Both the position numbers and the translations under genes were made by a program. A stretch of DNA of 64,000 bases from Eledone cirrhosa (lineage: Eukaryota): assembly GCA_964016885.1 (NCBI GenBank), contig OZ024743.1:53878001-53942000 (forward strand), read 5' to 3'. Under the pieces are notes generated by a model. That model saw only the letters and a program-made list of their open reading frames with translations, did no database searches and was not told where the DNA came from. Positions 56,807 to 64,000 of this stretch are shown piece after piece. The first letter of the stretch is position 1. Each line of letters starts with the position of its first letter.

Positions 56807-57438
56807 GATTAATATTAAGAAAAATTAATAATACGAAGAGTTAAAACTTGAGATTTGAAAATTCAAGTATAAAATTCATTGTGGGATTTCATAGCAGTTT
56901 TCATCTAGGTAGCAACAACAGGTTGACTGCTGTGTCCCTTTCTGGTAGTGAATGAGAAGTTATTTGGGGTGTGGGTTATTTTATAACTAAATCCCTTTCT
57001 ATCACGCTCCACTCTCCTACCCACCACAGGAAGATATGTGTATGTATATTGCTTCCACCCCCTCACTGACCAGCAGCTGGCCAGTTGACGATTGCTAAAT
57101 CTGACCTTTATAAGATAACCCACACCCCAAATAACTTCTCATTCACTACCAGAAAGGGACACAGCAGTCAACCTGTTGTTGCTACCTAGATGAAAACTGC
57201 TATGAAATCCTACAATGAATTTTATACTTGAATTTTCAAATCTCAAGTTTTAACTCTTCGTATTATTAATTTTTCTTAATATTAATCAACATTTGAAAAG
57301 ATGGCTTTTGCAGACCCATCGAAACCGGTCATTTTTTATACCCTTTATTATTTCCTTACCTTATAAAATTATGTTTTTTCACAAAAAAGTATTCTGTCTC
57401 TTATATATTCCATGTGCCATTACCAACCTCAATTTTCA

Positions 57439-57480
<42 letters not shown>

Positions 57481-58165
57481 GTATATATATTAATATCTAC
57501 GACTCTCTACGTTGTCTCTGATATGTAACACGATATATTGAAGTAAACAGTTATGGTAGATTCAATGTGCAATACGTTGAAATATATTTAAAATTAAAGA
57601 AGGCTATTTTAAAATGAAGATCTAATTAATAATCTATTTTGAAAGCATGTGGTATCAAGCTAGACATGTTTAAAAGCAACTGAGAGTTGATTCAAGCTGG
57701 ATCAGCAGTATTTTTTGTTAAGAGATTAATATTTCTAAAGAATTCTTTAATGAATTACATAAAATTAATTCCACTTTCTCATAAATTTCGATGGAGACAT
57801 AAAACATGTACTTATGTATTACTTAAGTAAATTCATCTGATATGAATTACAATCATTGAGTATATGTTGTACTAGCAGAGATACCGCACACTGAGGGTTT
57901 TTTTGCTAGTATAACTATGTCTTTCGTAATATATCAACATATGCAAATGGGTAAAAAAAGCGAAACTATATTTATGACATGAAACAAGCTTACACCAACA
58001 TATTTCATCTTGCGGTTTATTTCAATTAGCTATATGTATGGTTGTGTGTGAGAGACAGGAAAATAAAGGAGTTAATCGTCAGAGAAGACCAAGGAATTAC
58101 TATTGCACCCCCCCCCCCCACACACACACTTTCTCTCTTATGCTCACTGAATTTTAGCTTTTAGT

Positions 58166-58267
<102 letters not shown>

Positions 58268-58395
58268 TATATATATATAATTTATGTTCATACACGGAAC
58301 AAAGGCGCTACCCAAGCTTTCAAGGCCCAAATTTGACCAAACCTCAAGAATATAAGAGGCATCAAATTAGTGACCTTTCTCCAGGAGCTTATACG

Positions 58396-58472
<77 letters not shown>

Positions 58473-60503
58473 GTTATATAGTAAGGTGTATTGTTGGTTG
58501 TGTCAAACGGTCCAATAAATTTTTGTTACCAATATTAAGTTCTCTACGCTTAGTATATCTCCAATTCCATTTGTGGGAACAGCTAGATGTGGTAGAACGG
58601 AGTATTTGTATCAAAATAAAGATCCGAATGCATGGTATAAATCTCCAATCATTATAATCACGACACATGTTTCAATAAGAGATAGATCGATCGTGTAGCC
58701 ATGATCGATTATCACTGATCTCTTCAGTTAGGATATAGCTAGACGTATTACACACTCAGTTAAGACCGATTACGCTCTCTGCACATAACTCTACACACAG
58801 TACCCGGTTTCCTTAGACACTGAGTTCCCACAGTTATGACTGGTCACGTTCCTATCGATTGAACACTACACTAGGTTTTGATCCGTGATCATCTAACCAT
58901 GGAGTGCTCATGGTTACAGATTGGACAATAATACTTACACACCATTAATGGGTCTACACACATCCTCTGGGTTTTGTTATTTTATTTTATTTTATTTTAT
59001 TTTATTTTTATTTTTCTGTTGGATAACACACCTCCACCACTCAAACACCTATCTTAAAAGCCCAAGGGCCCATATGACGGGAAATCGCAGTACTGACACC
59101 TTAACCCAAATACCCAGCCCTACACAGAGTCCCTTGGTGGTCTACATAGCGGTTGCTTGCACGCACAGATTTGGAGACTCAGAATCTCAATGGGACAACG
59201 GCACATACTGAGTTCGATATGAGCTGACTACTTGCTCTTCACAAGGATGTGTATGTACCAAAACATACACATTTTTGGATGATACTGATGTGTATATACC
59301 ATAACATACACTATTTAGAGATACGGATGTAACAATTCAATCTATACACGTATAGCAGAACATTTAACTGAACTTACTTGTGTGTGTATAGGGTTGCGGT
59401 TGACCCAATTTTTCCAATTTACATCGTCAAATTGAGATTTGACCAATATGACATTTGTTGTTTTGTAAACTAACTTTCGGTGAATACTATGTTGGTATAT
59501 TTATTTTTTCTTTGACCTCACGTCGGTGTGTGTGTGTACTCACTCACACTAACTGTGACCGTCTATAGTTCTACAGATTTGATGCTATGTTGGTATATGT
59601 ATATATTTTTTGTTTGACCTCGCGTCTGGGTGTGTGAGTATGTGTGTCCCCATTCACATTGACTGTGACCAACTGTAATTCTACAGATTTGATTGATGTC
59701 CAGCGTCTTTTACAGCTATTGGGAGATAGAGACTTAATAGTTTTATGACCCTAACTGAGGACGATAGCAGTCGCCGTGTTTTGACTGCTTGATCTTCATA
59801 TGAGGGACTAAACTCTGTAAGTGAACATCGATAATTTTCTCCCTCATATCAAGGATTTGAAGACAATTTATTTTCACCTGACGCAGTGATAATCGATCAT
59901 GGCTACACGATCGATCTATCTCTTATTGAAACATGAGAGGTGATTAGAATGATTTGAAATGTATACCATACCTTCGGATCTTTAAATATATATATATATA
60001 TTCAGGTTTGCAGTCCACTACTAGATAGAGCTGGTCAATTCCGTATGGTCAATCGTAATGCAATAATATAGAGAGTACTCAACGTAAAGCAGTTCAACCG
60101 TCTTTGTTTTTGTAGTTGGTGGTGCTAGTACGGAGTTAAATATTATAATGAAATGACAGGAGGCTGGACTTCTGTAAATCCTTGAAAGGTTTATTATACT
60201 ATGATCATTTCAATGACCGGGTTCCGTATGAATCCGGTGATATCATCAGGTATTCGAAATATAATAAGTGAATGTAATAGATAAAATCCATGGGGCTGAA
60301 AATCAAAGACCCGAGGACGACCGCCATCCAGCATCTTCCACCTTTGCCGGTCGCCCTCAAGTGACGTGGCTAAAGCTTACAGTCTGCTTCAACCGGTCAA
60401 ATAAAGGAAAACAGAAAGGGATAGGAACATAAGTCAGCGTTAATATGTATATATGTATATATATATATGTATATATATATATATGTATCTATGTATATAT
60501 ATG

Positions 60504-60558
<55 letters not shown>

Positions 60559-60660
60559 ATATATGTATATATGTATATGTATATAGTAATAATAATAAAT
60601 TTGAAGACTAAAATCCAAAGAGGGCTCGAATGTATATATGTATATATGTATATATGTATG

Positions 60661-60707
<47 letters not shown>

Positions 60708-61537
60708 CGAAGGAAATGTGGTAAGGAACCAGGTGGACCATAACGCACCAAAGTACTCAATACTTGAGGTAGTAGAGTGGGTAATAGGAACCAGTAAGAC
60801 CCCGACAGCTGAGCTCAAGCCGTTTCGACGGCTAATTCTGGACTAAATGAAAATTTATCCTGGTATTTAAATTGGCTATTTAAATACCAGGATAAATTTT
60901 CATTTAGTCCAGAATTAGCCGTCGAAACGGCTTGAGCTCAGCTGTCGGGGTCTTACTGGTTCCTATATATATATACATATATATATATATCTGAGTTCAA
61001 ATCCCACCGAGGTCAAATTTGCCTTTCATCATTTTGAGACCGATAAGAAAAACTGCCAATCTATTACTGAGGTCTATTCATCCACTATATCGCTTTCTGA
61101 CTTCCTCATATCTTCTCTGAAAATGAATAAATAAACATATACGTATTTATATATTTATTCTATTACTTATTTATTTATTCTATTATTTTTATATTTATTC
61201 TATTACTTATATATATATTCTATTATAAATATAGAGTTCTTTCTCCTTTGTGGACTTCTAAGATGACTTGATCTTAACCATATATGGCGACGCTGACAAG
61301 TTTTTACAGTCTCTAGGAGCTTATGCTTAAATTGCTTGACTATTTGTCATAGTAAAAAAATCTGCGTTGAAGCAGGCAACTTTAAGTTAACATGCGTTCA
61401 GTGTGTATGCATATATATATATATATATATATATATTGTGTTAGAAATTAAAGGGACACAAACAAGAGATGGACATTTTCCCTTCATCAGTTGTCACAGA
61501 TGTCACAGATGTATGCTATGAGGGGAAGAAGGGTTAG

Positions 61538-61588
<51 letters not shown>

Positions 61589-62465
61589 AGAAAGAAAAAG
61601 AGAGAAAAAAGTAAAACAAAAAGGAAGAATGTTTTCCCCCCTTTCTATCGGTATGTTTTCTTCCTTTTTTTCCTTTTTTTTTCTCTCTTTTTCTTTCTTT
61701 CTCGATCTTCGCTATCGCTTCTTTCCCTCATAGCTTTTTGCTAGATAAAATAATATGAGCACGCTACGGATAGATGTATTGTCTATAATGCGCTGAAACA
61801 TCTGTGACCCGTAGTATACAACTGATGAAGGGAAAATGTCTATCTCTTTTTTGTGTCCCTTTACTTTCTAACACTCGTTATCAGTAACCTCGTTTTCGAG
61901 TACGACCACTACTTTATATCCATGTAGGAGAACCTCTACCGATGCGCTGAAAGAGTGTGAATTTTTAGTCCAGTCAGCGACTTGAAAACTCTGGTACAAA
62001 CACTACACTTGTGACAATTATTGACACATAGTGCTGGGCCCATGGTACCATGTGACGACAAGTGCAGAGAGATCTCCAGATATAAAGCAATGCCTGTGCC
62101 GTGAAGCTTTTATAGTGAGCAAAGGCACTGCACAAAGCCACTCCCACTCTCTTGACCAAGATGATATTTACCAAAAAGAAGAACAACTCAACATCATTGG
62201 ATACTATCAGGGCTGCAGGTGTTATATCAGAGTTTTCCTTCTAGAATTCTGCCTTGACAAAGGCTAAGTGTCGATTTTGGATGGCCATTGACTCTTAAGA
62301 GCTCCTTCCCTTTGACAGGTTTTGTTTTTAGTCGTGCAGGTTGTGCAGAGTCACCCTCCTCACCAAGAAACCTTGGTGGGTTGCCAGTTTAGTCGCCAAT
62401 GATCCCGACGATGGGACAGATTGTAATTGAATACATGTTACCAGTAGCACCAACTGGTGACCTGA

Positions 62466-62528
<63 letters not shown>

Positions 62529-62769
62529 TACACATACATTTCAACATTTTTTGCCGTTTCAACAGCTAGTTCCAGTCTGAAATTAGCTGTTGAAACGCCA
62601 ATATCCCACCCGTTGGCGTCCCGACTCTTTATAATATAACCATACTCTATTACCGCAAGTATCGAGTACTCTTGTGAGTATTCGTCTAATAAGTTTCAAA
62701 CTGAATCTATGCTGATTAACACACACACGCACATATACATATATATATATATATATATCTTCTTTCTTG

Positions 62770-62855
<86 letters not shown>

Positions 62856-63574
62856 ATATATATTAATATCTACGACTCTCTACGTTGTCTCTGATATGTA
62901 ACAGGATATATTGAAGTAAACAGTTATGGTAGATTCAATGTGCAATACGTTGGAATATATTTAAAATTAAAGAAGGCTATTTTAAAATGAAGATCTAATT
63001 AATAATCTATTTTGAAAGCATGTGGTATCAAGCTAGACATGTTTAAAAGCAACTGAGAGTTGATTCAAGCTGGATCAGCAGTATTTTTTGTTAAGAGATT
63101 AATATTTCTAAAGAATTCTTTAATGAATTACATAAAATTAATTCCACTTTCTCATAAATTTCGATGGAGACATAAAACATGTACTTATGTATTACTTAAG
63201 TAAATTCATCTGATATGAATTACAATCATTGAGTATATGTTGTACTAGCAGAGATACCGCACTCTGAGTGTTTTTTTGCTAGTATAACTATGTCTTTCGT
63301 AATATATCACCATATGCAAATGGGTAAAAAAAGCGAAACTATATTTATGACATGAAACAAGCTTACACCAACATATTTCATCTTGCGGTTTATTTCAATT
63401 AGCTATATGTATGGTTGTGTGTGAGAGACAGGAAAATAAAGGAGTTAATCGTCAGAGAAGACCAAGGAAATTCTATTCCCCCCCCCCCCACACACACACA
63501 CTTTCTCTCTTATGCTCACTGAATTTTAGCTTTTAGTATTATATACACACACACACACACACACGCTCACACAC

Positions 63575-63665
<91 letters not shown>

Positions 63666-63779
63666 CTATGTTCATACACGGAACAAAGGCGCTACCCAAT
63701 CTTTCAAGGCCCAAATTTGACCAAACCTCAAAAATATAAGAGCCATCAAATTAGTGGCCTTTCTCCAGGAGCTTATACG

Positions 63780-63870
<91 letters not shown>

Positions 63871-64000
63871 GTTATATAGTAAGGTGTATTGTTGGTTGTG
63901 TCAAACGGTCCAATACATTTTTGTTGGCAATATTAAGTTCTCCACGCTCAGTATATCTCCAATTCCATTTGTGGGAACAGCTAGATGATGTAAAACGGAG

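Larger units (their letters stand above)
51667..57438 (-). mobile_element. Full-length Penelope-like retroelement (Neptune-like)
   Basis: 3' pLTR 51667-52160, 5' pLTR 56618-56986, inverted pLTR 56987-57438, ORF1 plus RT/GIY-YIG ORF; inserted in (TA)n. Confidence 0.95.

Noticed and set aside
58921-59211. 96-aa ORF in array unit C
   Set aside because: Frame depends on (TTTTA)n length, and no equivalent ORF is listed in units A and B

Overview
AT-rich animal DNA saturated with (TA)n/(CA)n/(TC)n microsatellites. The tRNA-derived SINE families suggest an octopus-type cephalopod (inference, not a database result). No host protein-coding gene could be recognised, and nearly all ORFs in the track are microsatellite artefacts. 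The window holds: (1) an apparently intact Penelope-like retroelement (PLE; RT plus Cys-rich linker plus GIY-YIG, Neptune-like) at 51667-57438, with direct and inverted pseudo-LTRs carrying a variant U3-A8 hammerhead ribozyme. Its coding region is split into a 231-aa ORF1 and an ORF2 in the -1 frame, with a canonical C CCU UUA slippery heptamer directly before the ORF1 stop. (2) A ~5.4-kb tandem array from 38811 to the window end, whose units show full, internally deleted and empty alleles of that PLE insertion. (3) About ten unrelated families of short non-coding elements inserted in (TA)n tracts, usually as partial tandem and/or fold-back copies of a 320-540-nt unit, each with a type I hammerhead ribozyme that can be folded by eye, i.e. 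candidate non-LTR retrozymes or solo pLTRs. (4) A non-autonomous Helitron, RTE/CR1 LINE fragments (one with a twin-priming inversion, one with three C-terminal C2H2 fingers) and many SINEs. All ribozyme and frameshift calls are manual structure reading; activity is untested.
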